A stretch of DNA of 64,000 bases from Octopus sinensis (Eukaryota). The stretch lies in the NCBI RefSeq assembly GCF_006345805.1, contig NC_043005.1, positions 45,694,001-45,758,000 on the forward strand, written 5' to 3'. The position numbers and the translations under genes were made by a program. Shown in pieces: positions 24,591 through 38,278 of the stretch. Each line of letters opens with the position of its first letter. Position 1 is the first letter of the stretch. The notes below the pieces were generated by a model that was not told the DNA's origin, searched no databases, and saw nothing but the letters and a program-made list of their open reading frames with translations.

Positions 24591-26414
24591 TACTGGTGAA
24601 ATTTTCTTGTACTAGCCAGATAAAAGCAAATGTAACTGCAATGGAATTTGAACTCTGAGCATAGGGAAAAGAAAACTAATTAGGTTAAATTATCTGGCCT
24701 GGTTCTCTTAGCAATTATGAAGTTGTGTGTGTGTGTGTGTGTGTGTGTGAGATAATTTAATGTTTTAAGTGGTTTCACTACTTCTGTTCCTTGAATGTTC
24801 CACTTTTAGCATCTGACTCACCTGTTTCTGTTGTTTGAATTGTCTCATTTAAGAATGAGAGATTCTTTGGGGTTTGAATAAATGTAACAGAAGCAAAGTT
24901 TGAAGGAAATACTGGCCATTTTTCATACTTTTTTGGGGTGAGTAAATAGGAAATAACAATTGCCACACAAGGAAAAAAAAAATCATGTTACACTGTTATA
25001 ATTCCATTCATTTTAGTCTTAATCTCTTCTATTGTAATAAGGAATGTGGATTGACCCTCTGCTTGACTGGCACTTTCAGCTCTGAGAGGATGCAAGGTAA
25101 AGTTGACCTCAGTAGAATTTGAACTCAGAGCATATAGGATTGTAACTAAATACAGCAAGACACTTTCTCTGATACTCTAGCAATCCTGCCAAATCATCAT
25201 TGCCTCTAGTTTTGAAATGTTTCATTCCTGAACATGAATAGCCAATAAATTGAAGGAAGTGGCCTGCTTTAGCCAGCACAATTTTGAAGACTGATGTTAC
25301 TTCTTGATTAAAATAGACTATTGACATTGTTTTTTGCTTAAGTAAAATGTTTTGTATTTATGCATTAGACCACAACAAACATTTATTTGAGCTGACATAA
25401 GTCACAGTATGGTTGCTCAACTTCCGAGAAATAGCAGCCAAATCGCTATTAAAACACACCCTCCTGTTATTCTAAAAAGAAACCAGCACATTGATTAATG
25501 TTGTCTTACATTATATCTAAGTAAAATATGGGTTCATTGTATGGTTGCTCAACTTGCTAGAAATTGTAGCCAAATCACTCTCAAACCACACCCTCCTAGG
25601 GATTTAAAAATAACAGGTATATACATTGTCCAAATAAAATACAGGAAAATCATGACTGGTTTTTATCATAGGTCTGTTGGATCCTGAAGTTAACCCCTTA
25701 ACATTCTGATCACTGTCAAATGTAATTCTTATTTATTCATATTGTTTTGAATCAATCATGCTTTATCTTGTAGCATCAAGATTTTGATAACCTGATTGTT
25801 TATTTCTAGATTGACATTGTTGGGAAGGGTGTGAGAGGCTGGATTTACTTGGTTCAGACATATAACAGGTAGAACATTTGAGCTGGATATGACCAATTTA
25901 TGTGCCAAAAGGTTCAACAATAATAATATCATGTAATCTTTTGGTTCTGCGCATCACACAACTTCCCTTATGTGAAGCTATAAGGATAAATTAATGTATA
26001 GGAAATATTTCCACTGACATTCTAAACTAAAAACGGAGATACACTGTTAAAAGCGATATTTCATTGATAGTTTCATTTAGGATAAACAAAGAATTTCCAT
26101 TCATTCCATTCATTGTTGTAAGTAATGAAAGCAAATGTGATGGTTGTGTTTACAACAGATTGAGTTACTAACAAATTTAATTTGTATGCTATTTAACCAA
26201 TGAGTGTGCTATAAATTGTCTTATTTAAGGCAGGCTGTCTGTGGTACATCTAGTAAGTAGTCTAATTGTATTGACATGACAAGCATGTTGGGAAGGGTGG
26301 TTTCTGTCTGTAGCACTATTTACTGTTTTATCTTTTAATACTTGTTTCAGTCATTGGTCTGGAGCCATGCTGGAGCACCACCTTGAAAGGCTTGAATTGG
26401 CCCCACTATACATA

Positions 26415-27330
26415 TGCATTAGGGTGGGTGGTGTAGTGAGTGAGTGAGTGGTTTGACGTGAAGGTGGGGTTAAGACAAGGTTGGGTGATGTCTCCATGGT
26501 TGTTTAATCTATATATAGATGGTATGGTGAGAGAGGTGAATGCTTGAACCATTGGTAGGGGAGCCCAAATGGTGGGAGAGAATGGAGAGAAATGACAGGT
26601 GAGTCAGTTGTTGTTTGCTGATGATACAACACTGGCGGCAGATTTGGAAGAGCAACTGAGGAAACTGAAAGTGAACGTAGCTAAGGTGATGAGATGTTCG
26701 AGAGATGGAATGGCTTGTAGGATGAATGTAAGTATAAATGGTGAGATGTTAGAGGAGGTGAGTGTTTTTAAGTATCTGGGATCACATGTGACGGTGGATG
26801 AGGAGGGGTTGGCTGAGGAGGTGGGATATAGAGTGAGGGAGAGGAGTTAGATACTTGGAGTTGTGAAAGGTATGCTGAAAGATAAAATGTTGAGTGTGAA
26901 AGCGAAAAGAGATGTACATGAGGGCATGATTGTGCCGACGATGTTATATGGTGCAGAAATGAGGAGTCTGAGGGAGGCAGAAAGGAGGCGACTAGATGTG
27001 TTTGAGATGAGATGTTCGAAGGCTATCGTTGGTATGACATGGATGGACAGGATGAGGAATGAGGAGGTGTGTAGACGAGCAGGAATGAGAGAAAATCTAT
27101 GTACCAGAATGAATAAACAAATGTTGAGGTGGTTTGGATGGATGTAGAGTGAATGGTAAGGAGGGTGATGAAGGCAGAAGTGGTTGGCAGCAGAACCTGA
27201 AGCAGATCTTGGTTTGTGTTGATAGATGTAGTGAGGAAAGCTTTGGTGGTTAGAGGTATTGGAGTGAGAGAGGCAAGAGAATTTATTAATGATAGGAAAG
27301 CTTGGAGAGTGTTTGTGGATGGGTGAGTGA
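26415..27330 (+). mobile_element. 5'-truncated RTE LINE RT/C-terminal fragment of a third lineage, lying within a family-A SINE
   Basis: EWFDVKVGLRQG.VMSPWLFNLYIDG, SQLLFADDT, FKYLGS, VPTMLYGAE, MLRWFGWM. SINE halves lie at ~26330-26410 and ~27560-27597. Confidence 0.9.
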
Positions 27331-27595
27331 ATTGATGTTGCTGAAAGGGGAATTGATGATGCGGCAGGGGTAAACAGCATATGATGTCGGGCTCTGTTGC
27401 TGATATGGGGGGTTGCTTTCTGTGCCTTGACCTCAGCATAGCATAGGACAGGACTTGCCTCTGAGCTGGGAAATGAATGGAATGCCTGGCATGTGTTTTG
27501 TTGTGACCTACCCCCGCCCCATGGGAAATAGGCCTTGGTAAATGAAAAAATATATGAAACCGGCTTCTTCCACTTTTCCTCTACCAAATCCACTC

Positions 27596-27940
27596 ACTCG
27601 CAGCTGTTTCTGATATGCTTTTTAGGTGAGTTCATGGTTCCATTTATTCAGTCGGTCAATTGATTGACTGAAAAAAGTGAATGATCTTTACAAATACTAT
27701 TGTCTTCAGAGTCTGCACAGCATGTACCAAAATAAATGGGAAAATAAAAGTAATAAAGATATAGAAAGAGGAGCGAAGAGAAAAATTTTAATATTTTTGC
27801 TTGCGTTTGCTTTGGCACATGCTGCGCAAACTCTGAAGACGATAAGTATTTGTATAGAGCATTCACTTTTTCCAATCGACCTGTTGAATAAATGGAACCA
27901 TGAACGCACCTAAAATGCTTAATAGAAACAACTGTAAGTG
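27596..27940. repeat. ~345-bp palindromic element with ~140-bp arms
   Basis: TTTTAGGTGAGTTCATGGTTCCATTTATTCA pairs with TGAATAAATGGAACCATGAACGCACCTAAAA; GTCTTCAGAGT pairs with ACTCTGAAGAC. Confidence 0.9.
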
Positions 27941-28012
27941 TAAGATAAGCAAATATATAAATGTGTAAAGCCTATTATTTGTGCCTTTTCTTATATCTAT
28001 ATAAGAAAATCT

Positions 28013-28061
<49 letters not shown>

Positions 28062-28062
28062 A

Positions 28063-28765
28063 GAAAATCAATGCTAAGTAGTGGATGATATAGAGAATAG
28101 TTTCAGTCGTGATGGAACCACCTGAAAACTGAGATGATTTTCTTTGTCCAGTGAATATTGGCTTGGCTGACATGTGGTCTGGTGATGTTTGCAGCTGACA
28201 TTGTTTAATGTTTACAGGTTTACTAAAGGGCAACTTTCATTCTGAACCATGGATTGTTTCTGTTGGTATTCAAAAGTAAATCTTTGAATATAATTTCAAG
28301 ATATTTAATATTGACTGCATATATAGAAATGACTTACGCTTCTTAAATGAGGCTGTTCACACATTTTCTTAAATTTCTTCTCTCTGTCTCTTTCTTTGCC
28401 TATCTTTTGCCTTCCACCCACACTCTTTTTCTCTCTTTTCCTCCCTAATACTTACTTCTTCCTTCGTTCTGACTTCCTATCTGTCCTTCTCTCATCTCCA
28501 GTCCTACAGGATGTTGACTGATGAGGAATTAGCTATGAATTTTATATACGTTGTGTTTTTGTTAAATTATTGAAATATATATATATATTTTATTTTCTCC
28601 TTTTTTTCTCTCCTTGTTTTTTTCTGTGTATCTTTCTGTCGAAGAACATAGGCTTGAAACGTAAAAGACTTTTTCTATTTCTATTCCTGAGCACTATACT
28701 AATACATTTGTTTGTTTGTACTCCACCTGCCTTCATCTTTTGTTTATTTTCGTAAACCTTCCCGT

Positions 28766-28798
<33 letters not shown>

Positions 28799-29820
28799 GT
28801 ATGTATATTTATAGCTGCTGGAATGCTTGTGGGATTAAGAAGTTTGTTTTGCAACCATGCAGTTTTAGGTTCAATCCCATAGTATGTTACTGTGGGCAGG
28901 TGTTTCCTATTACAGCTTCAGGTTGATCAGTGCCTTACAAGTAGAATTTGGTAGATGAAAATTGTTTGGAAACCTGTTGTGTGTGTATGTGTGGGTGTAT
29001 ATCCGTATTGACACTGTTCAGTTATCAGTAACAATGTTTATGTCCCTAATTCAGCAGCTCAGTTAATGTGAATCCACAGTGAATTAACTTAATTGAAAAC
29101 AAGTGTGGATTAGCATAACAAAAGGCACTCAGCTGTACAATACAGCCTCAACAGTATTCCACCCCATGCCACCATGGAAAAAGAGTGTACATGAAAACTG
29201 ATGACGATGATGATGATAATATGTGTGTGTGTATGTTAGACAATTTCACTGTTCTTTCATTGCGAAATTATATAATATTAAAACAAGTATTGCCACATCC
29301 AGTGGTACTTGTAGTGTGCTCAGATTTGTTGTTAATATATAAACAATATCCAGAATAGAGGTTGGCCATGAAGATACAAAGTGCTTATTAATATATTGAT
29401 ATAGGGTAGTAGGGTTAATAGATGAAATGATCAAGCTCATGAGAATAGCTGGATAAAGGCCATTAGGCAAACCTATTGAACCGATTCATGGGGAAGAAAG
29501 AAAAAAAATCAATCAATGCTAAGTAGTGGATGATGATGAGAATAGTTTCAGTCATGATGGAACCACCTGAAAATTGAGATGATTTGCTTTGTTTGGTGAA
29601 TGTTGGCTTGCCTGACATATGGTCTGGTGATGTTTGCAGCTGACATTATTTAATGTTTACAGGTTTAGTAAAGGGCAACTTTCATTCTGAACTGTGAATT
29701 GTTTGTGTTGATATTCAAAAGTAAATCTTCTTTTCGAATATAATTTCAAGACATTTAATATTGACTGCTTATCCAAAAATGATTCACCCTTCTTAAATGG
29801 GGCTGTTCACACATTTTATT
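28063..29820. repeat. Diverged ~310-bp direct duplication (28063-28370 and ~29510-29820)
   Basis: ATCAATGCTAAGTAGTGGATGAT ... GGCTGTTCACACATTTT is present twice with scattered substitutions. Confidence 0.9.
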
Positions 29821-30390
29821 CAAAATTTTGTCAGGGGAATTTTGATGTTTTAGTATTAGTGGTACCCATATATATTCCAATTATGTTACATTGTTAGTCA
29901 GTTGTAATAATTATATATGGATAGATGTATAACTTATCTTTTTGCTCCAACATTTTGAATATAATGTCTCAATAACTTTTCTCTTTTGTTAAACATAAAT
30001 TTTAATATTTAAAGTGTGAGTGTGTGCATATATTACATACATTTTTTTTCTCTCCTTGTTTCTTTCTGTGTCCCTTTCTGTAGAAGAGCGTAGGCTTGAA
30101 ACGTAAAAGACTTTTTCATTTCCTGAGCGTTATACTAATACATCTGTTTGTTTTCTACACCACCTGTCTTCATCTTTTGTTTTTTTCATGAACTCTCCCC
30201 ATATATCTATATATAAATAAGCAATTATAATTTTTTGAGCACTGCTAAGTGTAATCTATATGGAGAATGTCTGGATCTCAGCTCTGAACTATATATAATA
30301 TATATTAATGTTTATTTTTACGTTCTGTTATAATAAAAACAATTTTACATTAATCTGATGGATTACTTGATACTCTTGTAGAGTACATAC

Positions 30391-30506
30391 TTATTATTCT
30401 TAAACAAGAATATTATTGACAGTGACTTCAAATTTTTGGCTAGTCTGATGAGGATTTAACTGGTTGAAACTTTGAAGTTACTGTCAATAATATTCTTGTG
30501 TAAAAA
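30391..30506 (+). mobile_element. Inverted (tail-to-tail) Penelope-like repeat with degenerate hammerhead core
   Basis: AAGAATATTATTGACAGTGACTTCAAA is mirrored by TTTGAAGTTACTGTCAATAATATTCTT. CTGATGA at 30445-30451 and GAAAC at 30466. Related copy at 12730-12800. Confidence 0.55.
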
Positions 30507-30903
30507 TCTTTATGTATAAAAGTAAAGTTGTGTGTCTGTCTCCTACGATTTAGATTCCTAACTACTCCCACATTTTGCGGTGCAGTTTAACCAAAACCGG
30601 GTATCTTATAGTCGTGATTCATATCGAGCCCTTCTGGGTATTAGCGCGCGTCTACGATGAGCCTACGATTTAAAAAAAAATTTACCATCATTTTTTTCCA
30701 TTTTAATGCATTTTCCCGCTATTATATAAGGGAAGTAACTCTCTAAAAATGTCTACGATGAGTCAACGATTTAAAAAAAAATTTACTATCATTTTTTTCC
30801 ATTTTTAATGCATTTTTTTGCTATTTTTTGGCTATAACTCTCTAAAAATGCTTATATAGTTATTTCCCTTACAAACCCGAGCAACACCAGGCGATATTGC
30901 TAG
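30507..30903 (+). mobile_element. Non-autonomous Helitron
   Basis: A|TC start and CTAG|T end with no TSD. Subterminal GC hairpin remnant CCCGAGCAACACCAGG, internal ~110-bp duplication, CpG-rich. Confidence 0.85.
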
Positions 30904-33900
30904 TAATAAATAAATAAATAACGTTAGTATATCTTGTGACACCAGCAGTGTGCCTGTTAAAAAATTTACACAATCTTTAATCCATATACCAATCAACTCA
31001 TAAGTTGTCCTCACAAAACTTAAGTGATAGCAGTACATTTGACATTGGGTACTAGATGAAGATTCTTATTACTATTTGTGAAATCAGCAATTTTTGAGCT
31101 TGTCCTGTTCAAGTTTTTCGTTAGTTAGTTGCTGGGTCCTAAGACTTTAGCTGTAGTACACTTTGGCAACTCTGTGATCCTGGTCATTGACTTCACAAAG
31201 TTCTTCTATCCAGCATTGGCAGATGATGTGATTCATCAATAAATGACTTTTTTGTTGTCTCCCATTGCTATACCTGTAACCCTAAGTTGGGTGGCTGTTT
31301 GGTGCTACGCTTTGCTAAAAAGCAGCCTGTGTTTTGATCTAGGACTGCCTGTTTCTATATTCAGTGCTAACCCCTATATCTGGAGACTGTTCTATCTACA
31401 ATTTGGAGACTAAAGGAGATGTAGCTCTCTCATCATCATCATCAAACATCCATTTTCTATGCTGGCATTGGTTGGATGGGTTTGACAGGAACTGTAAAGG
31501 TCAGGAGATGCACCAGGTTCCATAGTCTGTTTTGGTTTGATTTCTATTGCTGGATGTCCTTCCTATTCCAACTATTTTGTAATGGGTGTTATTTACATGG
31601 TACAACTTTTGAAAGTTGCTCAGATTTTCAAACTGGTCTTATGTTGCCACTAACATTTCATTTATTAGTCATTATATTTTGGTCATATTTTGGTTTACAT
31701 TATAAGGAACACATTTTCAAATCCTGATTCAAAAGCATTGTTTTGTCTCTTTATTTGTCAAAACCTTTCAGTTTCCTTCTAAAGACTGCTTTGACATTCA
31801 TCTGATGCCAGTTAGCAGTGTACACTGAACCACACTTTCATAATAAGAAACACTCTATCTGTGTCTATTTACAAAAATATATTGTAAAAATTTTCCCTTC
31901 ATTAACACGCTGATCAACTGGCTAAATAAAAACACTCTAGGGTCAGTTTAGAGAACATTAGCTTTTCACACTATGAAATGTATCACCATCATCATTGTCA
32001 TGGTATTGACACTACTAAACTGCTCTGTTGCTTAGTCCTAAGAGTTTTATTTTGTTGCAGTATCTCCCTATTTGTGCTTTGGTCATTGCATACATATTTA
32101 TTGATGTTGTGTTGGATACATGATCATTCTTTAATGAGGGTGGGGAAAGTTAACTGAGCAACTCGGTTTTAGTAATGAGCTGAATATAACAATGAATTCT
32201 CTATCAGTGTCCTTTTATATACTCACTGTTCTTTTGTGATATATAAATTGGATGAAACCAGCTTTCTGGAAATTTGAGTTTCTTTCATTGATTGGGGTTG
32301 CATTTTCTTTTGTTTGTTTTTGTTTTATTGTTTAGCCATATGTAGAAGGGCCAGAGGCTGATGTCTGAATCAGGCAAAAGATAAAGTTTATCACCCAAGC
32401 TTGAAAATATTCGAAATACATACTGAGTGGAAAGCACAAAATGAAGAAATAAAATGGGTGTATTGTGCAGTATATAGAATTTTTGTAATGTGTGTGTGTG
32501 ATTGAACTCTTCTTTCATGAGAATATGTTTTTGTGTTGATATCTGATATCTACTATTTACTTAGAAATTAGTTTATTATATTAACTATTATGTTGCAGGC
32601 ATTGTGGTGCATTAGTAATTTCTCTGCAGATTAATTCTATGACCTGGTTTCATTTCCTATTTAGATTGCTAATATCATTGGGTAAAGCATAAATGCCACA
32701 ATATTTTATGTAGCTTGTGGTGTCCTTATTTAGTGTAAAGAACACAGTACTTTCTCCTGTGAACGAAATTTGGTTGAATGGTAGTACAACGAATTAGTCA
32801 AACGTTTGTTGATTTTGTTGAAACTGAAACAAATGCTAACTAGAACACAACAACAACAAGCACAGTAAGAAAATAAACAGGTTCTGCACTGGTTTATTTT
32901 ATGTTGTACATTGATGGGCTCTAGCTTTCTTGATTTCAGTTTCATCTTCATTGTAGTCTTTTGGTATTTTCTCTCCTCTGTTGTATAGCTAGTCTATCAC
33001 TCATTATTGATTTCTTCCTTTGGCAATAGGCCGATTTTTGTTGGGGAGTGTGTATAGCCATTCATATCTACCCCACCATATATTCAAAAAATATTACACC
33101 AACTCTGAAAGCATGAAAGTTAAAACCGACTTGAAAATGGTAGAAGTTTAAGATTAAATCTTATATGATATTTAATTCAGTTCCTTGCCATTTGTGCCAA
33201 CTAACTGCTTTTCTTAAACTTTTCAATGATTAATTCTTTTTAATCTACAGTGCAGTGCACTATGTATCATGTTTGAAACCTTGGCTATACCTTTTTTTTT
33301 AATAAACATACAATTTCAGCCTCACTATGAAGATAAATAAAATGGTTTATGGCATAGATTTTATTTATGGGCAGAATAGTGAACTCATTCTGATTTTTAG
33401 TCTTTTTAGGATTGGAGAAAGAATACCCATTTTCCATCCATGGAAAGATTAGTAGCTTACATTTACCGTATTTTCTGGTATACAAGTCACTGTGGTATAT
33501 AATGTAAACATGTTGTGAAACTTTCAAACATTGCCACTATCTTTCCAGATCTTGCTGCATTTCACAATGAGTTTTTGGTCCTCCAAAGTTGTTTTCTTTG
33601 GATGTAAATTTGTCAGAAAAATTCAACTTGTATACTAGAAAACATATATATAATATATACAACTTAAAACTTAGCTAAACTGGTTTATTTGATTTGCTTA
33701 ACAGTGCTGGTGCCATGTAAAAAGCACCCTGTACACTCTGTAAAGTGGTTGGTGTTAGGAAGGGCATTGATCCATAGAAACCACGCCAAAACAGACAATA
33801 GAACCTGGTGTGGATCCTGGCTTGCCAGCTTCTATCAAACCATCTAACCCATGCCAGCATGGAAAACAGATATTAAATGATGATGATTCAAACACTGACA

Positions 33901-34559
33901 TCATGGAGTAAATTAATTCATTCATTCGTAGTCTACTCATTGCTTTTCAATAATTTGAAATGTAGTTTAGCTGAGTCGTAGATTGTATATACAATAAATA
34001 GCTATAAGCTACTAATTTCTCTGTGGACAGAAGATGAAGATAAAGGAAGATTAAGACAGAAGCTAGTCAGGTTGCTGCCACTTTTTCTGCTCAAGTAGAG
34101 ATAAAACCTGTAGTTTTACTTGTTCAGTTTTCAATGTGTCTAGCACGATCTATTGGATCTAGAATGTTAAATTTCATGAAAGAGAGAGCACAAGTTTGCT
34201 GAGAGGCTGATTGGGCATTGAAGTCAGTAGCTAGTGAGCTCTTAGTAGAAACAGTTCCTGCAGTTGTGTTCCTGTAGAAGTTGAAGATGTGAGAAGAAGT
34301 GAGCTGAGGGATTTGTGGAAGCAGACGGTAAATGCTGGGTGAGATAGCACCTGTGAAAGGATGACATGTGGGAAAGGATTAGTTGAAAGTGTAATTAGCT
34401 TCAGTCATTGAGAATTTGGTGGACCAGTACTCGGAGTGCATCTATAGGGAACTGGGGCATCTAAGAATTGATGTTGTCATATTTTAGGATGCCAAGCCTC
34501 CCAGATTATAATGGTGAAAAGTAGACCCATCCAAACCCTACCAACATGTAAAACATGAT

Positions 34560-34945
34560 ATGGCTATGTGGTAAGAAGTTTGCTCCCCCACAACCTGGTT
34601 TTGGGCTCAGTTCCACTGCATGGTACCTCTATTGTCTCAGGTTGACGAAAGCCTTGTGAGTGGACTTAGTAGATAGAAACTGAAAGAAGCCCCTATTGTA
34701 TACATACATACATACCTAAACATATGCATGTGTGTGTGTGTCTTTGTGTCTGTACCCCCACTGTTTGGCAACTGGTGTTGATTTGTTTATATATGCCTGT
34801 GACTTAGCAGTTTGGCAAAAGAAACCAATAAAATAAGTACCAGACTTTAAAAAAAAAAAAGTACTGCAGGTGATTTGTTTAACTAAAATCCTTCAAGACT
34901 GTGCCTCAGCATGGCTGCAATCCAATGACTGAAACAAGTAAAAGA
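34560..34945 (+). mobile_element. Family-A SINE; further copies at ~36440-36780, 39445-39680(-), 43845-44170(-), 44755-45120, 54215-54540, 54570-54850(-), 55425-55785(-), 63835-64000(-)
   Basis: TGGCTATGTGGTAAGAAG head, GTGAGTGGATTTGGTAGACGGAAACTGAAAGAAGCCC-like body and ATGACTGAAACAAGTAAAAGA tail. Confidence 0.85.
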
Positions 34946-34984
34946 TATACATGTATACATACATACATACATACACACACACAT

Positions 34985-35190
34985 TAAGGTTGCTAAAAAG
35001 TTCCTGGCTTTGAGTAAAAGAAAATACAGTAAGATCAGTTAATTATAATTTTATTTAACATATTCCCTTCTTAGATTCACACACTTATTGCAGCTGCTCT
35101 TCAGTTTTTCTAAACCCTGTATAAGAACTCAGAAGGTTGGGTCTCCAAACCAGGCCTTTTGTGTACCCTTAAAGCCAGCACCCCCTCATG
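34985..35190. mobile_element. Mariner-derived MITE remnant
   Basis: GGTTGCTAAAAAGTTCCTGGCTTT ... AAAGCCAG(..)CACCCCCTC degenerate TIRs. Confidence 0.5.
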
Positions 35191-35546
35191 TATATTGATG
35201 GTGATGTGGTTAATCTGTATTTTTTTCTTCTCTTCATTGTTGTCTGTTTTGTTACTGTGTTCATCATCATGCGGTTACTGTGATACATAATCTTTTAAGA
35301 AGTTCCAGTTTAAATGAATGTTTGACTTGAAGCAAGTAGCAGCATGAATCTTTTACTTGTCAACACTTATCTCATTTTTTGTTTCAACTCCACTTCAAGA
35401 TGAAAAACAAGAAGAAAAAAAAAAACATTTTTAATCAGTGATGTCGAATAATTTTAATTCTAATTCTACTGCTTATTATTTTGCAAATTTAGTTTACAGA
35501 AATCAAGTCATAGAACTGACATATTAACATTGCCATTGTTTGAGAA

Positions 35547-35803
35547 CAGTGGTTTAGTTCTCAACCAGGGTCCATATGATCCTTGGGGGTCCGTATAAGA
35601 TTTTGTTGAAATTTATCAGCAATAAATTGTTTATACTTCTGCAATATACAAGATATTTTAATTTTTTTAAAAACAATTCCTAATAATATTTAATCATAAA
35701 AATATATGATTTTTTAAAAAATATTAGATGGCTAGAATAGTCCATCCAAGTAAAATAGGAATGAAAGGGGTCCATAAGTAAAAAAAATTATTGAGAAACA
35801 CTG
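35547..35803 (+). mobile_element. hAT-type MITE
   Basis: CAGTG...TTGAGAAACACTG ends; 8-bp TSD TTTGAGAA/TTTGAAAA. Confidence 0.8.
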
Positions 35804-36063
35804 TTTGAAAAGAAAAAAGAAAAAAAATGTTATTGTTATATATTTGGATGGTCATTCCTTACTTCTTTTTTGTCAAATCAACACACTATATATTTGTACT
35901 TCACTCATTTATTATTGTTCTTATTTTATCTTATGTCCATTGTTTGGAAGGCTTTCATCACACATCTGTGACCTTTTCAGCAACCCTTCCATCCACATGT
36001 TTTTTCCTGTCTTGTTTAGTCTAGGAATCTTGCCAAACAAATTCATAAACATAAAGAAAAATG

Positions 36064-36106
<43 letters not shown>

Positions 36107-36946
36107 ATATTTTAAACAAGCCCTGTTAATGTTAAATAAACAGGTAATATTATTCTTCTATCTCTTTGAATATTGATTTCTCTTCACATTGACATGAGCT
36201 GTGAATTTGGGGTGAGATGACAATATAGTTGTTATAACCAACCCATGTACGTAACAAAGAGTACTCACTTTGAGGAGGAAAGGTTTAACTTTGTTGTATT
36301 AAACCTAAGAAGATAGAAAGATGGAACTGTTCTGCATTTTTCTATGCTAACTCTTTATCTTTTCATTTTTGGTTTCAAGAACCATTATTATTATTTGAAA
36401 GAATGATCTTCCTGATGGAGTGTTAAGAAAATCGTTCTGTAGGTATGGCTCTGTGGTGAGAATTTTGTTTCCCAACCACATAGTTCCGGGTTCAGTCCCA
36501 CTGCATGGCACCTTGGGCAAGTGTTATCTGCTATACCCTTGGGTTGACCAACACCTTGTAAGTGGATTTGGTAGACAGAAACTGAAAGAAGTCTGTTGTG
36601 TATGTGTTTGTCCCCTACCACCACTTGGAAACCAGTTTTGGTGTGTTTATGTTTTTCTTAGTTTGACAACAGATCAAAAGTACTAGGTTTAAAAAAAAAT
36701 TAGTGGGATTGATTCATTTATTAAAATTCCTGAAGGCAGTGCTCCAGCATAGCCTCAGTCTAATGAATGAAACAAGATAAAAACTAATTACATCAAGGTT
36801 CAATTTCACAGTAAAATATATTTGCCAATTGCCTTCTGCCATATTCTTCAAGCTGACCCAAGCCTTGTGAATGAGTTTCAGTGGATGGAAACAGTATGGA
36901 AATCCTTTAGATAGACCGTACTTAATCTCGAGTTGTCTATTTAGTC

Positions 36947-37295
36947 CAGGGGTTCTTTACCATTTTTTTTCATTTATGGATCCCTTTGATTACTATTTTA
37001 GTCTGGTGGACCCCTATAGCCATTCAGTGTTTAAAAATTAGTTTTATTGAAACTTCTTACAAAATTCCTATTTTGTTTTTCACACATTAACTTGCATTAG
37101 TTGAACTGTGTAAAATGTTAGAGAAAGAAACCTAGCAGTTTCTTGCAATACATACCAATACATACATCTAAAACAAAATTTTTTCAGGGGCCCTTAAAAT
37201 ACTATTGTATTGTGGATCCCCAATTTACTGTTTTATTACATGGACCCCCACCCCCCCAAAAAAAATCATATACGAACCCTGATTGAGAACCACTG
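36947..37295. mobile_element. hAT-type MITE
   Basis: CAGGGGTTCT...GAGAACCACTG ends; perfect 8-bp TSD ATTTAGTC (36939-36946, 37296-37303). Confidence 0.88.
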
Positions 37296-38064
37296 ATTTA
37301 GTCCATTGTCTGGTTTAAGAGTAGCACATGGTCCTTTTGTAACTGTAGGGAATTCAACTGTGATGCAAGTATTTGCCAGAAGTTCTTGATATGATGTGCT
37401 GAATTTAATAACCTCTTGTGTTACTTCTTGCTACTACAATGCATGAGTTGTGCTCTTCTCCTCTCTCCTAGTTATGGGGGAGGTCTAAATCGTGCATGTG
37501 TACATATGTATGTCTATGTATATGTGTGTGTTAATATATGTGTAAGTACGTTTATTTATGTGTATATATGTGTGTGTGAGTGAGTGTTTAGATATCGTTT
37601 TAACATCCAGTGCCATGTAAAATGCATTGGTGCCGGTGCCATGTAAAACGTACCCAGTACACCCTGTAAAGTAGTTGGCATTAGGAAGGGCATCCAGGTG
37701 TAGAAACTATGCCAAAGCAGATAATGGCCTGGTATGGCTCTCGGCCTTACCAGCTCCTGTCAAATCGTCCATCCCATGCCAACATGGAATAAACAGATGT
37801 TGAATGTTGATGATGATGATTTTCATGCTTACATGGATCAGAAGGAATGCGTTGAGGCAGCTTTTCTGTGGCCGGATGACCTTGTTATCAACGTCCACCT
37901 GTTTCCAAGCAAGGTGATATCTCCCCATAGCTGAACAGGTTTTCATGAAAGATTGCAAACAAACAAGACAGCTTGTATGACAGTGACACTCATTTATAAC
38001 TATCTTTTGATGACAAGACAAGGAAAAAGAAACACTGTCCCTACACATATACATGTATTATATA

Positions 38065-38097
<33 letters not shown>

Positions 38098-38237
38098 ACA
38101 TACACAAGTAAGCTCATAAATGCAAAACAAGGTGGAAGAAAATAGTACTCAAATACCAAAGGTAGAGTAATATACTGTTTTTCAAAGCTGCAAAAACATC
38201 ATTTAATGTTTTTGCAGCCTAATAAAAAAAAGTGTGT

Positions 38238-38278
<41 letters not shown>

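Noticed and set aside
32310-32400. Strong polypyrimidine acceptor as exon 2
   Set aside because: All three frames close within ~35 nt and there is no nearby donor.
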